A stretch of DNA of 24,122 bases, from positions 1 to 24,122 of the IMG/VR virus record IMGVR_UViG_3300020042_010913; one strand, 5' to 3'. This document shows positions 24,014-24,122 of this stretch, piece by piece. The notes below the pieces were generated by a model. The model was not told the origin of the DNA and searched no databases. It saw nothing but the letters and a program-made list of their open reading frames with translations. Position 1 is the first letter of the stretch. Every line of letters begins with the position of its first letter. The stretch comes from a virus. Lineage: Duplodnaviria; Caudoviricetes. Made by a program: the position numbers and the translations under genes.

Positions 24014-24122
24014 ATGAATAAGAGACCTATTCTTAAATTAAACCAAAGTTATTTTCCGCTTGGCACAAGCACATGGGAAGATACTATTGTTAATATTTTC
24101 TCTGGCTCTGCTCATCCTTTGG
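24014..24122 (+). CDS. 5' part of a probable HNH endonuclease (runs off the window)
   Basis: MNKRPILKLNQSYFPLGTSTWEDTIVNIFSG resembles the LxLNxxYxPL...W..AI N-terminus of HNH/McrA-like proteins. Promoter 6 nt upstream. Confidence 0.55.
   Translation, partial: MNKRPILKLNQSYFPLGTSTWEDTIVNIFSGSAHPL

Noticed and set aside
1-24122. Stop-codon reassignment suggested by the release-factor-like gene
   Set aside because: Code 11 gives dense, intact genes, and TAA, TAG (6741, 17437, 23978) and TGA (5105, 21076) all end genes at sensible points. The RF-like ORF has no codon-recognition domain.
1-24122. tRNA, rRNA or structured ncRNA genes
   Set aside because: No intergenic space is long enough once the micro-ORFs are included, and no cloverleaf or T-loop motif was seen.

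Overview
This AT-rich, gene-dense 24 kb window is part of a large lytic tailed phage with T4-superfamily traits, most likely infecting a Gram-negative host (it has a two-component spanin pair). It uses the standard code, with TAA, TAG and TGA all acting as stops. Left half: virion/fibre genes (two paralogous Gly-rich fibres facing each other, a BspA/DUF285-type LRR adhesin, a coiled-coil fibre), a PD-(D/E)XK nuclease, an HExxH protein, a holin/i-spanin/o-spanin cluster and a Mn-type superoxide dismutase. Right half: an NDP-rhamnose pathway (RmlA, RmlB and a plant/giant-virus-type NRS/ER-like epimerase-reductase, no RmlC), a truncated RadA/Sms ATPase with a winged helix, an amidase endolysin, PseT kinase/phosphatase and many small early ORFs. 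Three things stand out. (1) A 91-aa ORF fuses a twin-arginine-like N-terminus to the part of a gp23-type major capsid protein that corresponds to the T4 Gol peptide. (2) A stand-alone 70-aa GGQ release-factor domain lies two genes upstream of it. (3) Two promoter classes (TAAATA and TTGAnn-N16/17-TATAAT) sit a near-fixed 5-7 nt before start codons, implying largely leaderless mRNAs. All calls come from reading motifs by eye; no database searches were run.
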